From Eledone cirrhosa (lineage: Eukaryota), in the NCBI GenBank assembly GCA_964016885.1, contig OZ024747.1:3410001-3474000 (forward strand): a stretch of 64,000 bases of DNA, given 5' to 3'. Made by a program: the position numbers and the translations under genes. The notes under the pieces are model-generated. The model was given only the letters and a program-made list of their open reading frames with translations, ran no database searches and had not been told where the DNA came from. Positions 41,190 through 55,072 of this stretch are shown here, piece after piece (the stretch's first letter is position 1; every line of letters begins with the position of its first letter).

Positions 41190-41328
41190 GAAGCAACAGT
41201 ACTGTCAGTTGTGGACACAGTAGAAGATCATGTGATTATTTCACGTGAGCCCTTTACTGAGATGTCTCGAACTGACAGTGGACATGGCTCAAGTATGGAA
41301 AGCACAGGATATTACGAGGAACTACCAT
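41190..41328 (+). CDS. Internal (penultimate) coding exon of an unidentified gene: EATVLSVVDTVEDHVIISREPFTEMSRTDSGHGSSMESTGYYEELP + 1 nt
   Basis: Acceptor aattcccag|G at 41189/41190 and donor CCAT|gtatgt at 41328/41329. 139 nt, open in phase 0, non-repetitive protein-like sequence. It ends in phase 1, matching the next exon. Confidence 0.75.
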
Positions 41329-42612
41329 GTATGTTTTGCTTCTTATATATCTTAGACTGTATATTTCTTTTTTCTTTTGTCTTGTCTTCAATGTAACTAT
41401 ATAAATGTGTCCATGTGGCATGGTTTAGAAAATATTTGGGAGTATATTAATATATAATTAGATTTTAATAAATAAATCAGTCTAGATTCTGAACATATGC
41501 ATACATTTTTTAAATCAGCTTAGACAACTGTCATGACCATAAGACATGCTTACATGTTGTCGTAGTATGACTAATCATCTACAGTATTTATATTTATTTT
41601 GCTTTCATATACCTTCTGTAATATATGTCATTTAAGATATTTTGTTTTTCCATGACACCTAATCTTGATCAAATAATTTCTCAATCTACATTATAGAACA
41701 TATGAAGAAAGTAAAATATCTACCAGATTATTCATCCCCACTCCCTGACATTGTCCTATCACACAGATTGAACAACTGTAAATTTTCCTCCTCTCTCAAA
41801 AACAAAGAAATAGTAACACCATTATTGTTTTGTCATACATTATATACTCTACCTTAGCTAACTTCACTGTGAATCCCTTCATTAGAAACATAATTGCCTA
41901 AAGAAATATTCCTTATTTAATGAAAATCATTAGTCGTTAAATGTTATATGTAGTTGAAAGCAGTCGCACCATACTTAGATCCATCTGGCTACAACAATAT
42001 AACTTCTATATACAGTCATTATTGTTGTTGTGTATTTCTTATAATTCCTGTATATTAAAAAATTGATTTAAAATTATAAACTACATATACATGTATTTTT
42101 TTACTATATGTAATGTAAATTTGGTATTATATATTTATATTTGTATGTATATTTATAGTCACACACACACACACATATATATATATAAAATTAGAGAATA
42201 TGTTATCTTAATATTGTGATAATGTTTTTCTTATTTCAAAGAGGTCTGTTTCTCTTTCTTTGATAATATTTCATATGGGAACTAATTCTGATATATCCAG
42301 TATGTTCTAACTTCCTTAATAACTTTCCTACCTGTTGAACTACAATCAGATTGGTTTAGTGTTTTCTATTTCTTATGTGAGAATTATTTCTTCTCCTTCC
42401 TATCGATTCATTAACATCCCTTGAGTACCTTCCATTTATTCAGTGTTCCTCATATTTTGGTTTTGGATTATTCCAGGTGTAAGAACAGGTATATGAAAAT
42501 TTCATTTAAGATAATTTGATATTTGTTCATAATAAGATCAAATAAGATTTATTTCATTTCTTTAAGTAACTATATATAATTTTATTCTCGGTTTATACCC
42601 CCCCCCCCCCCC

Positions 42613-42651
<39 letters not shown>

Positions 42652-42737
42652 CATCTCTGTGTATGTGTTTATGAACAAATTTGAAAATTAATTTCTCATG
42701 GTAATATTTGGCTGATTTTTTTTCTTTTGCTTTTCAG

Positions 42738-42949
42738 GTCAGCTGGAACAGGTCTTCAACATAGATAACATTTGTTTATCACAACAACATATTTCTAGTC
42801 AAAAAAGTAATTTCAAAGATTGTAATGATGCAAAAATAATCAGAGTAAACAATCCAAGTCCATCATTGTTGTGGAATCTTCCCATGAGAAACAGTTTCAA
42901 TGTATATCCAAAATCTCTACCATCAATACCAAAGGCACCCAACACATAA
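42738..42949 (+). CDS. Terminal coding exon of the same gene: (C)QLEQVFNIDNICLSQQHISSQKSNFKDCNDAKIIRVNNPSPSLLWNLPMRNSFNVYPKSLPSIPKAPNT*
   Basis: Strong acceptor tttcttttgcttttcag|GT. Joining T (end of previous exon) + GT gives TGT, followed by 69 sense codons and TAA at 42947-42949 in very AT-rich DNA. AT-rich 3' UTR-like sequence follows, with AATAAA candidates at 44283, 44707 and 44869. Confidence 0.75.
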
Positions 42950-43982
42950 CAGCAACAACAAAATAATAGAGAGACAGAAATAGAGTGAGTCTGAGAGAAA
43001 GATTGAGAACAATATAACTACTCTTAGATGTTTTCTGATAGATATTTCTGAAGGAAAAAAAACAACCAACAAAATTATAATGAAAACAATTGAGGAGAGA
43101 ATACCATCTTACTAAGGATTATTTTTTATTTTGAACAATACGTTACATTATACAATCTATGATTGGTTGTGTCTGTAGACTTATATTTCCTCAAGAATAT
43201 ATATATATATAATTAGTATTTCTCCACAGCAGTAAAACACAAACATTTTATATAATCATGAATGTTATTAACAATATAAAGAGAAAGTCTGCAATTTTAT
43301 GAGTTTTTTTTTCTTCAAGAAAATGTTAATTGTAAGCCTCTGGTTTACAACTATGATCATGTTATTTTTATGTCAAAATTGCAATTTCAATTTTGTTACA
43401 ATCATTTACTAAATGGAGTCAGAAAACATTCATGGTATCTTTCAAAATAACTTTGAAGAAATTTATTGGGCAAAAAACGTTTCCATCCAAAATTTTATAT
43501 TTCAAACAGATGTTTGAAAGACTGAAAAATAATCACTTTTTTCCTTTTTTTTTTTTTCCATTTATTATCATGAAGGAAAGCTATTGATAATAGCTAGTAT
43601 TCTATCTTCTGAGATATTGAATATATGCACTAATTCAAAAGTTTTCTAGATGATAGTAACTGTTGAATTCACCATTAAAACAGAGGCCATTTTTTTTATT
43701 TCTTTGGTCATTTTCAGACTCTGGCTATTGGTGTATTTTAGTAGCCTTGTTCAATTCATACCCTCCTCTATTTAGAAATTTAGTTTAGTTAGTCAAGCAG
43801 TTCATGAAGTTCTTATTGGAAATCAAACTCAACAAATGAACTGTGTATCCAGTTATGGAGCTATATCCCTGTTTCCAACGCTCTGCTTCAGTGAGCATGT
43901 ATATCTCCAAATGCAACTAAATGTCCATGATAGATAAAAGCGCATATACTTTGCAATGTTCTGCTTCTTGGCTTCCACACAT

Positions 43983-44017
<35 letters not shown>

Positions 44018-45409
44018 CATACATATATATATATACATATATTTTTTCCAAATCAAAACCAATAGCCAGAGACTGACCAGACACATCCATGCATGGCCTC
44101 TCTTCCTAAAAATTATGGGGATATTGTACATTAAATATTTCCTTTGCTATCTCAATCAGTGATCTGATTCAAGAAGTATAGCTTTAGAAAAACGTTATTG
44201 GGATTCAATTTTTTGTAAAAAGAGAAGAAAAAAGAAAAAAATACAGATATAAAAGAACAAAAAAAAAGAACAAAAAGAAAATAATAAAAAATATAACTTG
44301 TTATGATATTTTCTATTACAAATTAGATTTAAATTGTATCTAACCATTCCAATCTATTTTCATTAATTGACTAAAACATAAAATTGTAATGGTCAACTGT
44401 CAAGATAATTCAGGGAAGATGTTAGTTGGTTATTGTGTGATGTTATAAAAGAGCTTTGCGTCTTGAAAGGAGAGACAGGCTAAGTTTGAAGGCCAGTACT
44501 GGAATGATATTAATAAATTTGAGCTGAATGTTGTCAGTTTACGACAGAACGTCATGTATGATATTGACCTATATTCAGAATCACCGACCATAAACCTAAT
44601 CATGAAATTTCTGCTAAGGCTTAATAGAATTATTCTTTTCACTACTCTAGGGCAATACAGGAATAATTTAAGAATATGTTTCGATAGTTATTGTAGTGGC
44701 ATTTATAATAAAATAATTACTTTAAAAAAATAGATATTTTTTCTCTTAATATATAATAGACATATTAACATTTGTCTTATAATCATGGAGAATTTTGTTT
44801 TTCATTGTAGACATTCTGTTAATTCCAGGCCTTTATCACACAGGTTTTCATTTTCATCATGTATTTTAAATAAAATTTCCTGTAGCTTTAATGAAAAAAA
44901 TAGCAATGAAATAAAAAAAAAACAAAAAAAACATATTGTTTAATTAATGAACCTGATGATTTGTACTGATCTAGAAAACATAATCCACAATATGTTGGTA
45001 TGCCTTGGTATATCATGCAAATTTTAGTCTTAACTAATGTAAGCTTGGACGTTTGGCATCTTATCACATAATATATTGATGATTGCACAAAAGGAGAAGA
45101 GTACAGAATGAAGATATTTTGAGAATATATTGAATTTATGGTGATAACATTCTCCATTTCGGATACACTTTAGTTAACATTCCCTCCCCATAATTTCAGA
45201 TATAGTTTACATTTTATTCTTTATCAAAAATTCTAAAAAAAACTCCATCCGTAGGTGCCACCATATTTTGGTACAGAACTTATTTTAGATTGGTTGTGAA
45301 ATGCCTTTGTTAGCTACTCAGGTCTATAGCTGCTTTCATAGGCTTATCTACACATATATTAAACTACTAATCTCCTTCATATTCGTTGTACATTAACCAA
45401 TAACTTTGT

Positions 45410-45821
45410 TATATATATATAACAAATATACATATATACATATATGTATATATGTATATGTATGTATATACATATATGTATATATACACACATATATATT
45501 TATAATTTATATACATATTATGTATTGTATATATACAGATATAACTTTATATTATGTATATATACATTTCTACATCTATTTTCCATATATATATATCTGT
45601 GGGTATGTTTGTATATATGTATATATATATATATATGTGTGTGTATGTCTACATACATATAAGTATATATGTACATATATGTATATGTATGTATATATAT
45701 ATGTATATGTATGTATATATATATATGTATATATATATATGTATGTATAGATATATAAATATATATGTATATGTATATATAAATATATATGAATATATAT
45801 GTATATATGTATATGTATATA

Positions 45822-45852
<31 letters not shown>

Positions 45853-45947
45853 CTATATATATATATGTCTATATATATATATGTATATATATGTATATAT
45901 ACATATATGAATATATATATATATGTATATATGTCTATACATATGTG

Positions 45948-45994
<47 letters not shown>

Positions 45995-46100
45995 ATATAT
46001 ATATATATATATGTGTATATATATATATGTGTATATATAAATGAAAATATAGAAATTATTGCGAGCAAGAAGCCAACAGTATTTCATAATATATAAGTGA

Positions 46101-46138
<38 letters not shown>

Positions 46139-46249
46139 ATATATATGTGTGTATATATATGTGTGTATATATATATGTGTGTGTATATATATATATGTGT
46201 GTATATATATATATGTGTATATATATATGTGTGTATATATGTATATATA

Positions 46250-46280
<31 letters not shown>

Positions 46281-46319
46281 GTATATACATATATGTATAT
46301 ATATATGTATGTATGTATG

Positions 46320-46361
<42 letters not shown>

Positions 46362-46387
46362 TGTATATATATATGTATGTATGTATG

Positions 46388-46457
<70 letters not shown>
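45410..46457. repeat. (TA)n/(TATG)n arrays
   Basis: Read directly. Confidence 0.9.
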
Positions 46458-46458
<1 letters not shown>

Positions 46459-47214
46459 GGTAATCTTACAGCTTCTCTTTGTTATACAATCATTTTATAA
46501 CTTCTTACATCTTTGTTAAACACAAATATAACCTCAAACATATTTGTTATATACATATCTTATATACATCTTGTTTCCAACCTCCTGTATAGATTTCTAT
46601 ATATTTATTATATTCTAATTTCATAGATTTTCAACATTTTAATTCTGACATAAATCTATATAGTCATCATTAATTTCAGGCAACCCCTTTTCTTGTGATG
46701 TTTCTTGTGCAGTGAATCCTTTGTTTGTTTCTTTCTGTTGTTTTTTTAATATTTGTTGAGGTTGTCTTATTTAAAACATTTCAGCATTTTCATCTATTGT
46801 CATTTGGTGAAAATCAACTTGAAACAATGGCGAAACTAAGTTTATTGTAGCCCCTTTGACACATACAGTATTTATTTTGGGTCCTAACTCTTGCCTCATA
46901 TTCCATTAGAAATAATGATAATAATAATAAAACAAATGCATTTTTTGTGCTGGATGAGTTTATTTGTTGTAATACTATATGTACTATGATACCAAAGAAT
47001 CACAAGCTAGGTTGAGATAATCAATTGATTTTTGATTATTTCAAACTGATTTGCTATAGGCTGGTATTCAATTCCAGAATCATGTGAGCCCTACTACTAG
47101 TATGCTTCATGTTTTGTATCCAATTTAACAAAATGCTATCTATTAATTAGATATATTTTATTAAAGGATTATTGCTGTTATTATTATTATTATTATAATT
47201 ATTATTACTACTAC

Positions 47215-47567
47215 TTGAGTTTAAATCCCACCAAGGTTAGCTTTGCCTTTCGTCCTTACAGGGTCGATAAAATAAAGTACCAGTCATGCACTGGGGTCAA
47301 TTTAATCGACTTTCCCCGCCCTAAAACTGTTGGCTTTGTGCCTAAATCCGAAACTACCAACCCCCACTACTACCGCTACAACTACCAGTGCTACTACTGC
47401 TACCACTACTGCTACTACTACTACTGTTACTACTACTGTAACTACTACTACTACTGTTACTACTACTACTACTACTACCACCACTACTACTGCCACTACT
47501 ACTACTACTGCCACTACTACTACTACTACTATTACTGCCGCTATAACTACTACTACCGCTACCAGTG

Positions 47568-47611
<44 letters not shown>

Positions 47612-47622
47612 GCCACTACTAT

Positions 47623-47677
<55 letters not shown>

Positions 47678-47679
47678 GA

Positions 47680-47715
<36 letters not shown>

Positions 47716-47890
47716 CACTACTATCACTACTACTACTACTACTACTACTACTGACACTACTACTGCTACCACTACTACTGTTACTACTACTACTACTGTA
47801 ACTACTACTACTACTGTTACTACTACTACCACCACTACTACTGCTACTACTACTATTACTGCCGCTATTACTACTACTACCACTACCACT

Positions 47891-47941
<51 letters not shown>

Positions 47942-47972
47942 GCTGCCACCACCACCACTACTACTACTACTG

Positions 47973-48005
<33 letters not shown>

Positions 48006-48050
48006 GTACTACTACTACCACTACTACTACTACTACTACTGCCACTACTA

Positions 48051-48092
<42 letters not shown>

Positions 48093-48113
48093 TTACTACT
48101 ACTACTACTACTG

Positions 48114-48151
<38 letters not shown>

Positions 48152-48165
48152 GCCACTACTACTAT

Positions 48166-48211
<46 letters not shown>

Positions 48212-48248
48212 GCCACTACTACCACTACTACTACTACTACTACTACTG

Positions 48249-48302
<54 letters not shown>

Positions 48303-51300
48303 TCAAGGTGGGAATTTGACAGAATCGTTAGAGCATTTTGACAAAAGACTTTGCAGCATATGTTCCAACTGTTTAAATTCTGGATTCCAATCTTACCAAG
48401 GTCCACTTTGCCTCTCATTCTTCTGGCTTCAATAAAATACCAGTCACGTACTAGGATTGATTTCATTGATTAGCCCCTACTCCTAAATCTATGGCTCTGT
48501 ACCTGTGTTAGAAAGAGTTATTTTATTTTCATTATTATCATCATTAAGGGTGGTGGATTGGCAGAATCGGTGGAGTGCCGGACAGCATGCTTTACAGCAT
48601 GGAGTTATGGCCCTTTACGTTCTGAGTTCAAATCCTGCCACAGTTAGCTTTGCCTTTCATTCTTATGGGGTAGATAAAATAAAGTACCAGTAATGCACTG
48701 GGGTCGATTTGACTTTCCCGCTCCTCTAAAATTGTTGGCCTCGTGCCTAAATGTAGAAACCAGTATCACCATTAGCATGGCCATGGAGTTGAAAAACAAA
48801 ACTTTAAAAAAAGTATGATAAAATAAAATTCAGTAGAATACTGGAATAAATGATTTTAAGTATTTCAAGTGTTTAATTTCTGCTGTTTTATATTCAAATC
48901 CAGCCAACATTGACTTTGCCTTTCACCCTTCCCTGTCGAATAAAAACCAGTCATTTATTGACATACATTTATTTGACTTATTCCTCTTCCCCAACAGAAA
49001 AAAAAACAAAACAAAAAATGAATGTGTGGCCTTGTGCCAATGTGAGAAATTATCATTATTGTATCAATACTATATCATTATTGTATCATTACTAAGGGCG
49101 GTGAATTAGCAGTATCGGTAGAGGGTTGGACATGCTTTCCAGCATAGTTACATCCCTTTATGATCTTAGTTCAAATCCGGCTGAGGTTAACTTTGCCTTT
49201 CATCCTTACGGGGTCGATAAAATAAAGTACCAGTAATGTACTGGGTAATTGCTGGCCTTGTGCCTAAAATAGAAACAATTATTGTATCATTACTATATCA
49301 TTATTATAGGGCAATGGACATCAGTAGAAAGGGCCTAACCTGATACTTTATTGTATCCAAACCTATGCCTCTGTCTTCGGAGTCCATATCACCCAGCAAG
49401 CTTATCTTTGCCTTTTATACTTCCAAATTTAATAAAATATTTACTAGTAATATAAAGCAATCAATTTCATTAATTGGACCATCACCCCACCCACCCCCTT
49501 TGCGACTCCCCTTCCCTGCAAAATTTGTCCTTGTCTTGAGACAAAAGAGACTTGTACCTTATATGTCGGCCCTTGTGGCCAATAAATGAAACCATTATCA
49601 TTATTATTCAGAATCGTTAGAGCGTCAAACAAAATGCTTTGTGGCATTTAGTTACAGCTTGTTATGTTCTGAGTTCAAATCCCGCCAAGGTCAACTTTGC
49701 CTTTCATCCTTCTGGGATCAATAAAATAAAGTACCAGTCAAATACTGGGAGTTAATGTAATTGACTTTTCCCTCCCTACAAATTGTTGGCCTGGTGCCAA
49801 TTTTAGAAATAAATATAAAAATTATTAATATCATTATTTTCATCATTATTATTAGTATTATCATTACGATTATTATTGTTTTTGTTGTTGTTATTGTTAT
49901 TGTTGTGTTGGCAGGCATCATTGCTTATCATGGTATAAAAAAGTGTCTTTGTTATGAGTCCCAGCTAAAATCATATTTTTATTTTTATTTCTTTTTTTTT
50001 ACTGCACTGATTCCTATATCATCTTCCATATTTTAAACCTTTGTTTCTTATCGTTTCCTCTTCTCCACATCATCATCATCCTCCTCAGGACCATTACCAG
50101 CATCACTATTATTATAATTTTTCTTTCATATTCACGGGGTCGATGAAATAAAGTACCAGTCACGCACTGGGGTCAATTTAATCGACTTTCTCCTCTCCTA
50201 AAATTGTTGGCCTTGTGCCTAAATGAGAAACTATTATTATTATTATCATTATTATTATTATTATCATCATCATCATCATCATCATCATAAGATGCTTTCA
50301 CTGCATTAGCAAGTACACCTCTGATTGCCTCAGGTACACTGTGATTACTATTTACTTTGGCAGTCATAAAGATCATTAGAAAAATGTTGTCTTATCTAAT
50401 TAAAGCTCTTTACGCTCTGAGTTCAAATCCTATCATGGTGAACTTTGCCTTTCATCCTTCTAGGATCAATAAAATAAAGTACCAGTCAAGTACTGGGGTC
50501 GATTTAATCAACTTCCCCTCCCCAAATTGCTGGCTTTGTACCTAAATTAGCGACCATTATTAGTTTGGTTTTCACCTATATAGGGCTGGAGTGGTGCAGT
50601 TTATAACTGACCAACTATTTGGTTTTGTCACTTCTACATTCTCAGTCCAAATCCAAACTGAGGTTGACTTACCCATCTTTGACACCGTCATTAACTCATC
50701 TTGTGATGTTAGATGGTAAAATAATCTAGACTAAATTTGTTCGTACAGTTTCAAGTTTCATGCTTCATGTTTCTCAGTTCAATCCTCACTGGTGCCAACA
50801 TTTTTTTTAACCATCTGATAAAATGAATATGTATAAAATATTAAGGTAGATTCAATGAACCATATTACATACTTCCTTAAAAATGTATGGTTCCATGCCA
50901 AAAATAAAAACCATTCTTATTCCTTGTCTTTTTCTTTCACGTCTTATTTAGTATTTTGAATGCAAAAAGATTAAAAAACAACAATTAAAAACAAAGCAGT
51001 AGAGCACCAGAGGACATGCCTTTTGGTATTAAGTTACATCCTTATATGTTCTAATTTTAGATTCAAAAGGGATTGGCGTTGCCTTTCATAATTCTGGAAT
51101 TGGTAAAATGAATACCAGAAAACTATTGAGGGCAATATAATTGACTATAATAATACTCCCTCTAAATTGTGGCCTTGTGCTAAAGTTAAAATTATTATTA
51201 TTGTTATTATTATTATTATTATGGAGTAGCAGAATTGGTAGGGAGCCAGACAAAATGCCTTGTGGTATTTGGTTTTATCCCTTTACGATTGGAGTTCAAA

Positions 51301-51420
51301 TCCTATCAGGATTGACTTTGCCTTTGTTCCTTCCGATGTTAATAAAATAAAGTACCAGACAAATACTGGTTTGATTTTACTCAACGTTGCTCTTCCTTCT
51401 AAATATGTGGCCTTCTGGCT
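47215..51420 (+). mobile_element. Cluster of about a dozen head-to-tail SINE family B copies and fragments separated by (ATT)n, (ATC)n or (ACT)n
   Basis: The diagnostic ctttgcc motif recurs near 47241, 48406, 48648, 48915, 49191, 49406, 49695, 50443 and 51316, with further partial copies near 50133, 50660, 50780 and 51080. Confidence 0.8.
47366..48302. repeat. (ACT)n trinucleotide array, ~940 bp
   Basis: Read directly; source of the poly-T/Y/L/V/S ORFs. Confidence 0.95.
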
Positions 51421-52620
51421 ATCTTATTAATAATAATAATAACAATAATAATAATAATGATTTATTATTAATTATTATTTAATTGTTGTTAGCACCACAT
51501 AACCCTGGGATAAGGTCTCCATCAGCCAAGACTGCAACCTGATTTTGCTTCTTGGTTGTAGCTATTTTACTGTTTTACTTTATATCACAAACGCCATTGA
51601 GAAAAACATGAACACTCCTCATATTTATTTCAACTCATCTATAAATATCTATGTCCATCTAAACAAACAAAACAATACAAAATTCAATCATTGTGATTTT
51701 TATTATAACAATTACCACTATTATTATTATTATTATTATAATTATTATTATTATAATCATTATTAATATCATTATTATTATTACTATAATTGTTATTACT
51801 ATACTTTTCCTAAATACAAAATCAAAAGAAGAGGAACCAGATCATTCACAAGTAACAAATTATTCATTTTCATGGCTGCAGGACAGCCTGGACAACTCTG
51901 CTTGGATGCACAGAGATATTTGATCAAAATCAAAATAAGAATTTGATCTGCATTTTCAATTTTTTTTTTTTTTTCTCATTTTTCTGTGGCTAGCTTGTAT
52001 TGTTGCAGAATGTGCTGTCCTAATGGGACATGTTGTCTTGAATTAAAGATGTTTGGAAATTTAATGAGGGAGATTATTTGGTTGCTATAATGAGGAGTAT
52101 GTGAAGCAACCAGATAAAAGCTCGCTTCCTAGCTTATGAATAATTGGCTTCAACAGAGATGAAATCAATTTTGATTCTCACAAATTGTACAATCTGTCCA
52201 AATTTTGGTTCTTCTCACTGCATTTCCATAAGTTGTTTGTTTAAAATTTTCTGAGTGCAGTGTCCTTCCTCTGTCCTAAATATCTACAGCAGAGCTCTTC
52301 TTCACAAATGTTGCTCTTTTATATATTGATCTGTGATAGCCTAATTAGTTTCATCCTGCTGTCCCTCCTCTCTTCCTCAGATCTTTACAAATCCCTCTGA
52401 TTAATGGACAGCTGGTTTAAACTCTATCTTTGGAAGTAAACCTCAACAGAATTTATACCCCTTATCTTGTATTTTCTTTTTTACTTATCTATTTTATAGT
52501 CCTTGTTATTATCATTCTCATTGTTGTTGTGCTATTTGTCTTTCTACAGTCTCTTTTATTTTTGTTTACCCTAGTAATTCTCCAATTTGTCCTATTTTGT
52601 TATGATAATTACGTTAATTA

Positions 52621-52783
52621 CTGTATATACTCATGTATAAGTCACACCATTTTCTATGAAAATACAATGTGAAAAACCAGTATGCGTCTTATCTACTTGA
52701 CTTAGAAAACTTCAGTTTGAAATATATGATATGTTTTAAATGCTCTATGTAAAATGGGGTGTGATTTATACAAGTATATATGG
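52621..52783. mobile_element. Tc1/mariner (Tc2/pogo-like) MITE
   Basis: Left end TA-CTGTATATACTCATGTATAAGTCACACC; right end reverse complement CCATATATACTTGTATAAATCACACC. Confidence 0.55.
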
Positions 52784-53862
52784 TGCTTTTATTTATCATT
52801 GTGGTTCTTGCCGTTGTTATTGCATTTTATTTTAACCTTGAAGACAGAAAAAAAACAAAAACAATTATTGATTAGATTTATTTATTTGATTTGTGGGAGT
52901 AAAATAACACCAAAAATGTGATTTTAACTGTAGATAAATGCATTGTCATTATTAGCAGTTAGAATCCTAGTATAAAAAGGTTGCAACTTTAGTTACTTTG
53001 ATGGTTATTTCTTTGAACATTGAATGTTCTTGGTTTCCTGTTTTGCCTTGACACTCAATTCTTTTTACCTATTGCCAGATAATATATCTTCTCTGATGAT
53101 TTTCATTTTACCATCAACTTCTATTTATTCTTGCAATAGTCAACAACACAATTCTTCTGCTGCTTTAAAAAAAAACAACATAAATCCCTTATAAAAAAAA
53201 CAAAAACAAAACAAATATCAACAATAACAAAAACAAAACAATTATGATAGAAGAGAAAACAAATTATTTTTGTGATCATCTGAAAAACTTTATTCCCCCA
53301 AAAACAACAAAAAAAAAGAAGACAAAAAAACATTTCATCATTTTGGTATGCTTAACCTATCAATATAGGTAAGCTATCAACATTCTCCCCCTTTTCCCGC
53401 CAACCAACCTTTCAAAAAAAAAAAAAAAATTATGTAAGAAACTTAAAGGATAAAAATGTATTGACGAAAAAGAAAATTAAATTAAAGAAAAAATTTTTAA
53501 AAAGTACAAAGACAAAAAAGACAACCTCAAGACAAAACCAAAAAAAGAAAAAATAATAATAAATAAACCTCAAAACCCATGTAATTTACAAATAAAGTTT
53601 TTATGAAAAAATGGAAAAAAAAATACAATCTCTTTCAATTTACTTGTTTTTGTTATTTTTTATAGACAAAGTGAGAAAGTTTTGATGAAAGAAGAAAAAA
53701 TATTTTCTTTATTTTGAATTTAATTTTGTTTATTTGAGGCAGCTGCTCCATAATTCTAAGTCTACTTAGATAACAGGTGAGAAGTGAAGAGACAAACGAT
53801 CAATGGACTTAGAAGGTAGGATACTCACTTTTGGTTCTAATTCTTTTATAGTGTTCTGTAAG

Positions 53863-54017
53863 CAATGCTGGATTTAATACGAGGGGGGGGGGGGGGTAAT
53901 TACCCCGGCCCACTCCAATGGAAGACCCCACCAGTGATGGCCATAGAAACTTATTTGTGCCCTCAGCTGGGCTTTTTAGTTTTAGGATGATTAGAATTTT
54001 TGAATTTAATACCTGTA
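53863..54017. mobile_element. Partial copy of the same MITE family
   Basis: Shares tggatttaat, a G-run and gctttttagttttaggat.attaga...taatacctgta with 54913-55072. Confidence 0.5.
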
Positions 54018-54912
54018 TGTATAACTTTTCAATTCCAATTACTTGCGCCAAGCTAACTTCGATAGGTAAAATTGGGGGGTTTACTTTGTATTCTAATTCT
54101 TTGTGTATGATGGACACCCCCAATAAAACAAAAATGCTTTTTAAGACAGAATTTATTCATATGTATGAAATGTTATTAAACTTTTAATGAGACAGATCCC
54201 CAGAATATTTTCTGTAGAGATCTGGATTTCTTGAGAACCCAGTGTGAGAAAGACTGTTCTAGAAAATTACCAAGATGAAGGAAAAGTCATGGTTACTACC
54301 AGAACCAAAAAATGAGGTCAGTTAATTAGTTTATCACTCAGCATGTGAGTTGGCATTAAAGAGTTTCAAGGTGAATAGTAGTCAGTTAGTGAAGCAATAT
54401 TTCAACTGCAGGTGGGGATTTATTTAAAAACAAAAAACAAACAAACAAGTAAATGTAATAAATTAAGATAATAAATAAGAATAAAATTTAAACAAATAAA
54501 TAAATGATTATATTAATTACCTAGTCTGAAGAAAGTTCATTATAGTGAGATGTAATTACATTGTGTTTTCTAAATATTCATCATCATCATCATCATTATT
54601 TAACGTCCGTATTATAGAAACAATCAGCTAAAGAAAAGAAAAACACACCTCAAGGGTTTCTTTCATGAATAATGAAGTCAGAAGTTCGGGAGGAAACTTC
54701 GTGATATGATTAAACAGAGTTGTACATTTTTAATTGGTTGTAAAATACAATTAGTTGATACTTTTTTGTTTTCTTTCTCTATTTCAAACTGAAGATTATA
54801 CAAACAAAGTAGAATCACAATTGAAAACAAAGAAACATACTATATCAAATTTACACTAAGATATTTTCTAAACATAACATAATTCTTTTCTTGTGTATGT
54901 GTGAGTGTGTCT

Positions 54913-55072
54913 CAGGGATGGATTTAATGGGGGCAATTGCCCTAGCCCCCCTGCAATTGGGGGGGGGGGGGACAACAGCCATAGCTAAGCTTTTTAGTTT
55001 TAGGATTATTAGATTTTAAAAATTGTAATACCTGTAATGCACTGGGCTCCCCAAGGTCTAAATCCAATCCTG
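54913..55072. mobile_element. hAT-like MITE
   Basis: Imperfect TIRs CAGGGATGGATTTA / TAAATCCAATCCTG. The internal sequence is shared with 53863-54017. No clear TSD. Confidence 0.5.

Noticed and set aside
44954-44985. CTGATGA...GAAAC hammerhead-like spacing (also CTGATGA at 37442, 37497 and 53093)
   Set aside because: No pairable helix II and/or no GAAA-NUH; consistent with chance in AT-rich DNA.
47302-48466. Mucin-like poly-Thr ORF (329 aa) and poly-Ser/Val ORFs
   Set aside because: An (ACT)n microsatellite between two SINEs, open on both strands, with ORF ends lying inside SINE sequence.
51800-51923. Short protein-like ORF tail (KSKEEEPDHSQV..WLQDSLDNSAW)
   Set aside because: No usable acceptor or start; the 5' part is an (ATT)n microsatellite.
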